From Malacoraja senta (taxonomy: Eukaryota), in NCBI GenBank assembly GCA_038087875.1, contig CM075998.1, positions 2,852,001 through 2,916,000 of the forward strand: a stretch of DNA of 64,000 nucleotides. Direction: 5' to 3'. Every line of letters starts with the position of its first letter. Position 1 is the first letter of the stretch. The notes below the pieces were generated by a model. The model ran no database searches, was not told the DNA's origin, and was given only the letters and a program-made list of their open reading frames with translations. Shown here one piece after another: positions 39,901 to 51,900 of this stretch. Made by a program: the position numbers and the translations under genes.

Positions 39901-42900
39901 GTTGAGCCGCTGTGTCCTGGGTCAGGGCCTGTTGTGCTACTGTGCCCTGGGTCTGGGCCTGTTGACCCGATGTGCCCTGGGTTGGGGGCTGTTGTCCCAC
40001 CGTGCCCTGGGTTGGGGACTGTTGTCCCACCATGCCCTGGGCCTGTTGCCCGCCAGCACCCAGTGGCTGGGGGTGTTGTCCCGTGGTGGCCTGGGTCTGG
40101 TGCTGTTGTCCGTCAGCACCCAGTGGTTGGGGCTGTTGTCCCACAGTGCCCATGCGCAGAGTCTGGGGCTGTTGCCCGCCGATTCCCTGGGTCGGGGGCT
40201 GTTGTCTCACGGTGGCCTGGCACTGGAGCGGTTGTCCCATTCCCTGCCCGATTGTACCCTGTGGTTGGGATGGTGTTTGCTGACCTATAGTCCCATGGGA
40301 TTGGGATGGTGGAGGAGGTTGCAGTGGTTGCTGTGCCATTCCCTGCCCCATTGCTACCTGGGGCTCGGGGGGTGGTGGTTGTGGCTGTGCCTGCTGGCCC
40401 ATTCCCACTGCAGTGAGGGGCAGATGCTCCTGTCCCTGTCCAATTGTGCTCTGGGTCTGATGATGCTGACCCTGGGTCATTGCACCCTGTGGCTGGGATT
40501 GCAGTCCTTGTTCCATTGATACGAGGGGCTGATGCTGCTGCCTTATGTTCTGTGTGATCATGCCTTGGGATGGATGCTGCTGCTGTCCCTGCCCCATTAT
40601 ACCTGGCAGCTGGTGCCTGAGGACGTGCAATGGAGTCTGCTGTCCAATTATACCTTGTGATGCTAAGTGTTGTCCCAAAACATCTTGCGATTGCTGCCTC
40701 ATTATACCCTGCATTCGGGCATGATGGACCATTGTACTTTGCTGCTGACCTTGCAAAGGGGTGGACAGCCGAAGGATGTTGTTCTGCCTGATAACACTTT
40801 GTGGGTGAAGCTGTCCTGAAACTGCTTGAAGGTGATGTTGTTGCAATGGAGTCATTGTTGCCAGCTGTTGACTCTGAGAAACATTCACTTGTTGAGGTCC
40901 TATGAGTCCTTGCTGTTGCAATACAGCATTGGATGTCTGTTGCTGTAAAACTAGATTCTGTTGCTGTTGTTGAGAAGCAAGGACTTGCTGTTGACCTGCA
41001 AGACCTTGCTGATGTGCCAACTGCTGTGCCATAAGACCTTGCTGAGGCCTTGGAGGTTTAGGTTGATTGGCAAGTCCCTGTTGATGGGATTGCTGATGTA
41101 GGAGGCCGCCTTGCTGCTGACCAATTGGAGACATATGCTGTTGACTCATCAACCGTAGGTGTTGCTGTTGAGGTGCCAGACTCTGTTGGTGCGGTGCTCC
41201 TGGCTGCTGCTGCCCCTGACCGATGTGCGGCTGGGGTAGTTGCTGCTGACCTGGCTGGTGTTGTGATTGTACAATAATCCCTTGCTGTTGTCCAATGAAG
41301 CCTTGTTGCTGTTGGCCCATGAGAGCCTGCTGCGTCAATATTGGTTTGTTGCCGACAATATTTTGCTGAGTCGTCGGTTGAAGCTGTCCAATGATATTTT
41401 GTTGTTGTAATTTCCCCATGATGCTTTGTTGCTGAGTTGGCCCAACTAGTCCTTGCTGTTGAACAAGCTGCATTCTTTGCAGCTGAAGGTGTCTCTCTTG
41501 CATGAGTCTGTTTTCATTCGCAAGTGTCTGAGCAGCGGAATTTCCAGGAAAAAAGCTAGTTGGAGTGGCAGAAGATACAGTTGCTGAGGCAGAAGAATAT
41601 TCTTGCTGTTGGGTCACAGCTGAGGTTAAGAAAGTTGGTCCTTGTTGAAGTGGCAGTCGTATATTTCCCGTGTGTCCTATTAGTGTATTTGGTTGTTGCG
41701 ATAATGCTTGGGGTCCAAGGATTGATCCTCCTGGCTGGGCTAGTGCTGCCGATAACATGGGTGTTGCAAGTTTAGGCATTACGCGAGGATTCTGGGATGT
41801 GGCTGTCCCTATCACCCCTGAGGGAGATAAGGAGCATTTTTGCTGCTGTTTATTCCGATATTCTGTCATAAGATTTGTATGTTCCTTTTGCTGTTTGCGG
41901 ACCTGAAACACAATTTTTAGAAAAACTCGAAATTAATACCTTGTTAAAAAAAAACAAAAAAAAAACAGGATAATTTTATAATAACCCACTTAATCGGCAC
42001 AAGCTATATTTTAACATTAATTTCAATGGGAGCAATTCATTTTCCAACCAAATTTACATATTTCGAAGATGTAAATATAATAATTAAAGTTTACTTTCAG
42101 CATTGACAGAACTCATTCCACAAAACGTTGGCAATTTTTTTTCTAATTAGGTAAACAGTTCTATTAAGAGAAATGTTTATGTTAAGACAACAGGTTGAAG
42201 ATATGTACCTGTTTCTATGGAATTTTAAGCAGGGATTTATTGCTTCAGAGAATAAAAAATGGAACTCGAGACAAAATTGATTTCACAAAGGTGTGAAGTA
42301 CATTTTTCAATATATGCCTGTTCCATACACGGAAAGAATACTGAAGGGCTTCAAAAATACATAGGCAAAGCAATAGCAGCCAAACATGCCTTTAAGCATG
42401 TATGGTTGTCTCATCACAAAGGTGGTGATGAATTGGATTTGAAGATAGATGGAACCAACGACTTTCACATACCTGTTAATGCATTTACAATATTACACAC
42501 AGCAACCACTTAGCAAAAAATATTGTTGAATCAAGGTAACAAAGGAAGATACTGGACTAAGTCAACCTTAGATAAAAAGAATCTCTCATCATCAAACCTT
42601 ACCTGATCAAGTTGTTTCTGGATTTTACTTTGTTGCTCTGTAACTCGTTTAAGTTTCTCGGCATCTGCCTCGGGGAACTCGCGTCCCGCTTTCTTGGCCG
42701 TCCGTTGTTTGGCACATAATGCTTTTCTCGACTTTCTGTGGACACCAATCTGCTCTTCTAAAAATTTCAGCTGCATCTGAAGCAGCTGTTGAGTGTGCAG
42801 CAGCCATTCTTCATACTGGCGGTGCTCTGCCTCATCTACAGCGCAAGAACCAAATGTATAATTAGACAACATGCAAGTCTTAATCATTCCCTTGCTAACA

Positions 42901-45900
42901 GTTGCCTGAAAGCAATTGCACAAGATGTTAAATTCAGCACCGATAAATGGAAGAAAAAATACATTCTGTTAGGTATTTTGCCAACAGCTTCTAAAAATAA
43001 AGTCGAATATTGTTAACAATTCAAAAATAACATTCCCTTATGCAAATATAATAATGGAACCATTTCCCTGCTGATAAAATTGGAGTGTCAAAAGTGCAAC
43101 ATGTGACAAGGAGCTTTTAGAAAAAGAATATCACATACTTTTGAATGCAGGAAATCAATGCCTGAAGAAGAATACTACCAGTATATCAGATACAATTTTG
43201 TTTTCATCTTCAAGTGGTGTCGGCGCATCTTATTTTTAGTGGTACTCTGACTAGTCTCGCAAACTGAATAGCTGATTAAAGCACATCTGAATCTATAAAA
43301 CTACAAATCAGAAATTTAAATAGAAAATGCTGGTAGCAGTCTCGTGGACCAGCTGGCACGTGGACATGGAAAAAAAAGGGTAACATTTCAAGATAATGAT
43401 CCTTCATTCAAACTGTTTCTCTCATCATAGATTCTAGTTTATCCTTGAAGAATTTTTCAGCATCTTTCGTGGTTCACATTTCTACAGCTTTGATCTTGGA
43501 AGAACAATAGTAACGTGCTAATTTATCATGTGTCCATTTTCCAACGCAGTTTTTTCCCCCCCAACAGCTTGAGGCTCCCCATAAAGGACTATTAGACAAA
43601 AGGGAGGAGGTTGTCTTTCCATTCTCTGGAGGTGGATGTGAATACAAGCTCAAATAGTAAAAGGCAATATGCCAATCTAGTGTGACAGCTGACGTTTGGA
43701 AATTAAGATTCACAAACCATTATAACTGGGAATTTTGTTCCAGATCAAAGTGAATTTCCTAGAATGTGAGAGACCACATTCTTCCCAGAAGATAATAATT
43801 CACAGAGGAAAAAGTCACTCGACAAATCATGGTCCATTCCGACAAGCAGAAATTACAGCTTTGCCAGAAATTTGCAGGATTCTCTCATTAAAATAACATC
43901 CGACTTAAACCCCCTTCAAGCTGAAAAATCACTGAGTGGATATAGAACAGAATTATGACACAAAATCAACAAATCCGATTGGGTCAATTAGTCCATTGCA
44001 AGCCTGCAGATTTTTCCAGTTTAGGGCTGTTACCATTCTTACGATGTCCAGAAGGTTTAGCTTTGCAGGCTTGCCTAGTCATAAAGAAACAATGCACACA
44101 GATTTGGGGAGTGATCCATGGCAACAAATGTATCTAGTTTTATCTTTATCTAAGATTTAACTAATAAGGCTTGGTGGCGGTCCAATCATAACAGATAGGC
44201 AGTTTTAAAAGCTGGTTGCAATTTTGACCCTTGCACATATTTCTCCCGCCACCCTGAAGCATGAAGATGTTTCAAACAAATGTTTAGTGTACCTGAAAGT
44301 ATAATGCACAATGTATAGTTACAGGCATGTTTCCCCATTGAGTTTAAATCTGGTTGTCAGCTTAACTCAAGAAATGTTGGGCAAATGTATTTGTGCTCGA
44401 ACAAAGACTCATTCTCTTGTCACCAACAATAATATAATTTAGGTGATATAATGGCCCTGTCCCACTGTACGAGTTCATTCAAGTGCTCTCCCGAGTTAAA
44501 AAAAAAAAAAAAACAAACTCGTGGTAAGCACGGAGAATGAACGTAGCGGGTACGTCGGAGCTCGGGGACGTCTCTTAGCGGCTCGTAACGCTAACGGCAG
44601 GTACTCGGGAAACGCGGTAAGCTCAGGAAGACTCGTGAAGATTTTTCAACATGTTGAAAAATGTCCACGAGAGCCCCGAGTACCAACGAGCGGCCATTAC
44701 CGTAAATCTCCGAGTTCGAATCAGGGCAAACTCGGGAGAACTCTTTGAATGAACTCGTACAGTGGGACAGGGCGTTAAAGCTGAAAGAATCTGCTCAGAA
44801 CACTGAAAAGTTGGTCAGGTTGATTCCACTTGCAGTTATAATAATTACAAGAATTTCTGTACAGGTAAAATATTAATCTAACAGCAGTAGAGATTGTGAC
44901 ATTTTCTTTCAGCAGAATGCTGGAAAACGCTGGAAGTCTACAGTTTCTTTAGAAAAGCTTGATGCTGGGGATTCAGATTCACATGAATGAAAACATTTGG
45001 TCGAGTGCAGAGCTTCACACAGATTCTGTAAGGCATTTACTTGACACTTAGCAAGTAGCACCTTCTGGAATGTTGCCAAACATGCAAGTTTTTGACAAGA
45101 TCAACCTGAACCAGAGAATCTTAAGATTTCAAAGGAGCGTGCCAAAATGTACAACTATTGCCCTTTTGCAAAGTCAAGAAACCGCAAATGACTGCAAAGA
45201 GGCAGATGCTCAGATCTGAACTTCTCGTCTTCTATTTTTAAGTTGTATTATTTTTAATTGATATACTTAAATTTCAGTGTTATATTTCAAAGAAAATTCT
45301 AAACAGCAAGATTTCAAACTGCCACGCAGTTCACTAATAAAGCCAAACACTTACTTACGAACCCCTGGACAAAGGTGGGTGGATTTGGCCGAGTCTGCAC
45401 CTGTTCACTATTAGTTTCCTGTTGGGAAAATGGAAACCCTAATCATTAGTGGATTTGGACTTGTGCAAAACCAGATCTACACATTTTGAAGATTTCCGGA
45501 TAAATTAATACTGAACTTTTGAAATGGGAAACAAACAAAAACCAAGTGAAGCCAAGTGAACACATGCAGTAAGGAATGAAAAAAGTATCAACTCCCTTTA
45601 TACTTTTAAAACGCAAATATGCTCAGGAGTGAATCAAGTTACATAATTTCAACAACATCACTATTTTTTAGTATGCATGTGGAATGACACATTTTAAACT
45701 TCATTTAAATGAATTAGTTTTGAAAACTAATGACAAGTTTTGTTAAAACCCTCAATCAATGTGATTTCAGATGCTGGACCTTTACCAATGCTTGTTTGGT
45801 AAAGTGACTACTGGTAATTCCCATGTGCCTTGCAATTATTTTTTGCTGAACCTTGGCTGAGGGAAGGGCAATGGGCAAGGTAATGATTGCTGGGGATAAA

Positions 45901-48900
45901 AGAACCCAAAGGAATAAAAGCATACACATCATGTTTTAGCTGAACAAAACAAAATACAATCCTCTTACCAACACCCCCCAAAACACCTTTCTGAGGATGA
46001 TAATTCTTTTACGGTACATTGCACTCCTTGCTCGAAAAAATGTGAACAGCTATTTTTCTTATTTTATTTGTCTTTTATTGCTTATTCTTTTCCTGTACTC
46101 AACGCATGACTAAGAATATCAAAAAAGTGATGAGCGAGTTTTTAAAGAGAGGTGACATACCTGACTGTTTCCAGGTGGCAATTTAGTCTGGGCCTCATTT
46201 GCTCCTGGAGCTCCAGCCAACCTCTGCGCTAATAATGAAACTTGCTGCCTAAGCAACCATAAAAATTGATTAACCGTGAATATTGCGAAGTGACTTTTTA
46301 AAATTCAATATTCTTTAAGCTTAAATCTGATTTTCACTGAAACATAAATCCAATTCTGGATTACGAAATAAAATATTTCCATTTGTATTAAATCTGCCTA
46401 ATCCTATTTTTTATTATTCTGCACAAAATCAAATTAAAACCTACCTATTCATCCCTGGTGCTACAGTGATGTTCCCTTGGGCCATGACCTTTTTAATTCC
46501 CTTCAATGCCACCATCTTTGCTTTGGCAATGGGATCCATGATATCATCGGCTGCAAATTTATCCAAATCTACAAAGAAAGAGATTCTGGTAAAACCGTTC
46601 AAAATGTAGGTTGTTTAGAACTTTTTTGACATTTCAATTAAAAAAATATTCATTCACCTCTTTTTACATCATTATCCCTGTCATTCATTGGTAAACATTT
46701 CCAAAAGATAGCTAATAACGTGGAAACATTTTAAATCATATCTTTCAAAGCAGTTCACCGTTTTTAAAACAGATAGTACTACATAAATTACCAGTCAAAA
46801 GCTCGTTAAACAAATAATGGGGGTGAAGGGAGAGGACAGGGTTGTAGTTTCATGTGAACCTTGGTGCTTTGCATAAGCTGTATTTTTTCTTAAAGGGAAC
46901 ACAATTATAACTGGGTTGGGAATGACATGATTCAACTCAAATTTAGCCCAAGTTTCAACTTGTGCAACTGAGAAGTAATTGTCAGACTTTGTATAACCTG
47001 CTCAAATTATGTATCTACTGGATGTGTCTTTGGCAAATCATTTAAAATATCAGATTTCCCACTTCAGGAATTAATCCTGGAGTCATCAAGCACATTTAAA
47101 TACTGTTATGTTTGCTGATGGTCAAAATCTTATCAAATTGTGCAACACACCAAGTTAAAACATGGGTCCCCATGTCCATTTCACATCGTGGAGGATCCAC
47201 AATAATTTCCAACTGAATTGATGTTTGGCAATATGTGAAAAAGCATGTAGCTGCCCTGCAACAGAGATAAATAACTGCTGATATGGTTAGATTCCAAATA
47301 GATGTGATAAGAACAAAGCCTACAAGACTGAAAGGAGGTGGTCAAAGTAAATTACCTACCTGGTAGATAATCTTCACTGTTCCATTGGTATTCATCCTTC
47401 ACATACTGTAGGAATAAAGCCTAACTTGGTAGTATGAGGAAACCATGCCGGGCAATCACATGAGAATGTTGTCCTGGTGTTGCAGGTAGGTGATGCTGCA
47501 GTTTTTTCCTTCCACATTGTATAATAAAATCCTAAAACTTGTACAACTGCACCAATTCATTTAAATCTGAAGTTAACTGAAACTAGTTAACCAGAATGTT
47601 TAGCAAAAGTAGAAAATACAAGGGTTACATCCCAGGTCAAGCAGCATCTGTGGAGAGAGAGTCACTGTTTCAGGTGGCTTTTCCAGCTCTGAACAGTGAC
47701 TGACCTGAAACATTCATTGTTTTGCTCTCTCTGCAGATGCTGCTTGATCTGCAGTGTTATGCCCAGCATTTTGTTTTTATAAATATCAGATTTTCTGCAT
47801 CTTCAGCATTTTTATTTTTCAATAATCAAAAAATGAATTCCTATTCCACTACTTTCCTGCATAGATGAAGGCGAATACACAAATAATGAAAATTGTCCAC
47901 TGGACAAGTCCAAGTATCATCTTCACAGACATTCCTTCAAAGAACATTAAAGCATGCCCATGTGATGGTGATTTAGGATGGGGGGAAAAAGCCTCTGCAT
48001 AACGAATCACAACACCATCTGTTGATAACAATTTGCAAAAGCTGCTGCCACTCTTGCTATTTGAATGTGTCATATTCAGTAAATTTGTAATTCCTGCAAG
48101 AGGTATTTTGGACTTGACTTGCTCTAATAGAAACTTGATTGAGAAATGCCCATGAATCAGCCATAAAACACAGACTAACACTATAACTTGCAACTTGGGT
48201 TTGCTAAATATCCCGCGGTCTAGGCATAAGCTCAGGGGCGACCGCGCCTTTGCGGTTGCAGCTCCTAGACTGTGGAACAGCATCCCTCTTCCCATCAGAA
48301 CTGCCCCCTCCATCGACTCCTTTAAGTCAAGACTAAAAACTTATCTATACTCCCAAGCCTTTCTTGACGTCCTCTGAGCGAGGGCTATATGTATATATGT
48401 ATGTAGTTTGTTTGTTTATATTATTCTTATAACAAATGTAAAGCACTTTGGCCAACGAGAGTTGTTTTTTAAATGTGCTATATAAATAAATGTGACTTGA
48501 CTTGACTATCATTCTGCCATACAAGATCATCCCACACGTTTTCATCTTCCTCAAATATTATTTTCACATATAAATTACTGACACCTATATAGTAGAAAAC
48601 AGCAGGTTTTTTTTTGCTTACAGCAGTAAGCTAAAAACACTATTGATAAATGATGTTATTCTCTTTTTTGGCAGATATAAAGAAGAAACGCTCATTATCA
48701 GATTAATCAGATCTTTTAACAATGAACTCAAACATCCATTTCACTATTCTGTTCCGTTATTCATTGTTATTTGTTTTCACAGTTCATTAATGTGAACTGA
48801 AGTAATCACCAACAATGCCAATTTAAATGCAAGGAAGAAACCCGTGCACTAAAAATATTTCTGGTGATAGATACAAGGATAAATCCATCAAATGTTACTC

Positions 48901-51900
48901 AGTGAAAGCCTCATTTTAAACAAGTCTCTCCACACTAATGGACTCATCAGTTCTGGTAAAGTTTCACTGCACTCTTTAATCCGTTTGCCCAAAACTGTAC
49001 ACAATGTTCTAATTGTTGCCTTAAGATGCTGCCCAGTTCAACGTTTTAACTTGTCTTTGTATTCTGTTCCTAAGATTTGAAAAAAATCAAGTATTTAATT
49101 TGTCCTTTTCTAAAATCGAAATTGCCACATCTTCTGGTCCATCGCCACCTTGAATAGTTTGTATAGCTGTATATTGAAATCACTTTGTTCCTTTCACTTA
49201 TCTAAAATGTTGTATTTTCAGTTAACTATTCTTAGTATCAGTCTATTATTTAATAATTTCCCATTTTGAGATGCAAATCATCTAAAGGGCCTGTCCCACT
49301 TAGGCTATTTTTAGGCGACTGCCATAATCGTAGCAGGTCGCCGAAAACCCGGCGACTGGACCCCCCCTTCGACATAAAATTTGAAATAGAATCATTACTT
49401 TAACAACAACAAAAAAATGAGGTCAGCACCGGCGACAACCTACATTAACCTGGTGACAACTACGACAGCACCTACGTCAGAAGTCAAGCTACGCTCATTG
49501 GCGTCAAATCCACTGTCGCCGACTGTCTCTGAAAACCTTTCAACATGCTGAAAATCCAGCGGCGACCAGAAAGACGCTACGACTCTTTGGGCGACTGAGG
49601 AGACTACTCACGACCATACAGGCAACACCCCGACGGCCATGTGGCGACAGCTTAGTCGCCTAAAAAAATAGCCTAAGTGGGACAGGCCCTTAAGACTTTC
49701 ATTAGATCAAAAACAAAACACTCAGAGTGCATTGTAGAAAAATTCCTTTAAATACAAATACATGATCTGGAATGCACAATTGGAAAATATGATTAAATGG
49801 AATTCAACTGAAATTCAGTGGATATGTATTTTTAAATGCAACATTTGCGGGGATACAGGGAATGAATAGGAGAGTAGCATTTCATCTCCCCAAGAGACAC
49901 ATGAGATTATACGGGCAAAAATGCTTCCTCTTGTGCTCGATGACACAAAGGGCAGCCTCTTTTTTAAGGGCGTGATGGGCATTGGCACTGTCCATTAATT
50001 TGAAGATGTTCTTGAGAGTTGCGGCGCTCTGTTGATCCAATCCATCCGAGGTGAGATTGCGGGATGTCCACCGGATTCTTTGCAAAAATACTGTACAAAA
50101 ACATGACTAACTTTTCCCATTGCCTTTTGTTATTCTTTCCTTTCTCAATATCCTGTGGCATGGATAAGTAAATGGCAACGGAGAAGCATCAAAACAATTG
50201 GCAATGGGTTCAGAAAAATGCCGTGTACAGCTTACCCAAAAAATGCAGTCAACCAGACTACTCATGCCAGCAGGCAAAATAAATTCATATCCTTGGCTGT
50301 CATGACCTGGGAGATTAGAAGTCTCATGGACAACAAAAGATCAGAAAGAGAAACTGCTCTTACTGTTAAGGAATTATCCAAACAGAGCACCAATTTCACA
50401 TAATCAACAAGTCAAGACTTTCTGATGAAATCGGGTAATGATCATTAAATGCTTCATGCGAGTTACTACTAACACCTTTGCACGTTATTCGTTCAGCATA
50501 AAGCTTGGTGGCATCAACAAAAGGTTCTTGACTCCACACTTCACAATATTGTATTCAGCTTGCTTCAGCGGCCAGAGGTTGCCAACTGCTTCAGAAGGGC
50601 ATCCACGACCAAGAGGAGCATAATAACCTGCCTTACAATCACCACAATGAAATGCTTCGAGATGATGGTTATGGGTCAAATTAATTCCTGCCTCAGAAAT
50701 AATCTGGCTCACGTCCAATTTGCCAATTGCTACGAGTCACAGCAAATGCCGTCTCACTGCTCTCCATTCTGCTCTGGACCATCTGGATATCAGGAACACA
50801 ATGTCAAGCTGTTGTTTATCGACTGCAGCTACAGTTCAACACAATGATCCCGTTCAAACTCTATCACTAAGCTCCAAGACATGGGCCTCTGTACCTCCTA
50901 CTACAACTGGATCACCATCTGCAGACCTCAATCAGTGCGCATTGGATACAACCTCTCCTCCGCCTTCCTAACAAAGGTACACCTCTGTGTACTCAGCCCC
51001 CTGCTCTAATCTCTTCACATCCATGACCGTGTGGCTAAGCACAACTCCAATGCCATCTACAACTTTACTGACGGCAACACTGCTATTGGCCGAATCACAG
51101 ATATGATGAGCCAGCATGCAGGAGTCAGACACAAACACTGGAACAAGGAACTAATTGTTGACTTCAGAAAGTTGGGAGTTCATGTGCAATTTTCATCGGT
51201 GGCTCAGTGGTGGAGAGAGTTAGCTTCAAATTTCTGGTGGTTAATATCGCGGATGACCCATCTTTTGCCCAGCATCCAAATGTAATCATGAAGGCGGTGC
51301 GCCACCGAATACTCCCAACAGATGCACTGTAGAAAGGATTCTGACTGGTTGCATGAAACTCTGGTCCATTCCAAAGCAAATCGAATGCACAAGGCTGCAG
51401 CGGATGGTAGATTCATCCCAATCCGTAATGTGCATAGCCCACCCCACCATTGCAAGCATTTATACAGGGCGCTGCTCTCATCTGGTAAGAGGTTCAGAAG
51501 CCCAGGGTCCCACATCACCAGGTTCAGGAATGGCTACTTTCCTACAGCCATCAGGTTCTTGCACTGACCTGCACAACCCTAACCTTACACCACGGACCAC
51601 CTCTTGCACTACCATGGACTTGTTTTCTAATTGTGTGGTTGCACTGATGTCTTGTTTTTTGCGGTCTTTATACAGTCTTGCAGAATTTCAGTAATTTATG
51701 TATAATATGTTGTGTGCTGTCTGAGTCTATGTGACTGTGATGCAGCTGCAAGCAAGATTTTCATTGTATCTGCAACTCACCATACATGTGCATATGACAA
51801 TACACTCAACTTGACGACATACATGTGATGTAACAATGAACACAACAAAAAGGTCAAGAGAAACTGCCACTCTGAATTATCAAAATTATCGTTACAGGGA

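Noticed and set aside
38380-40260. CRISPR-like periodic repeat
   Set aside because: Contiguous degenerate coding units with no unique spacers, in a vertebrate genome.
37800-40519. Many overlapping alternative-frame and antisense ORFs (Leu/Gly-, Cys/Pro- and Arg-rich)
   Set aside because: By-products of the stop-poor 33-bp coding repeat in the KMT2D exon.
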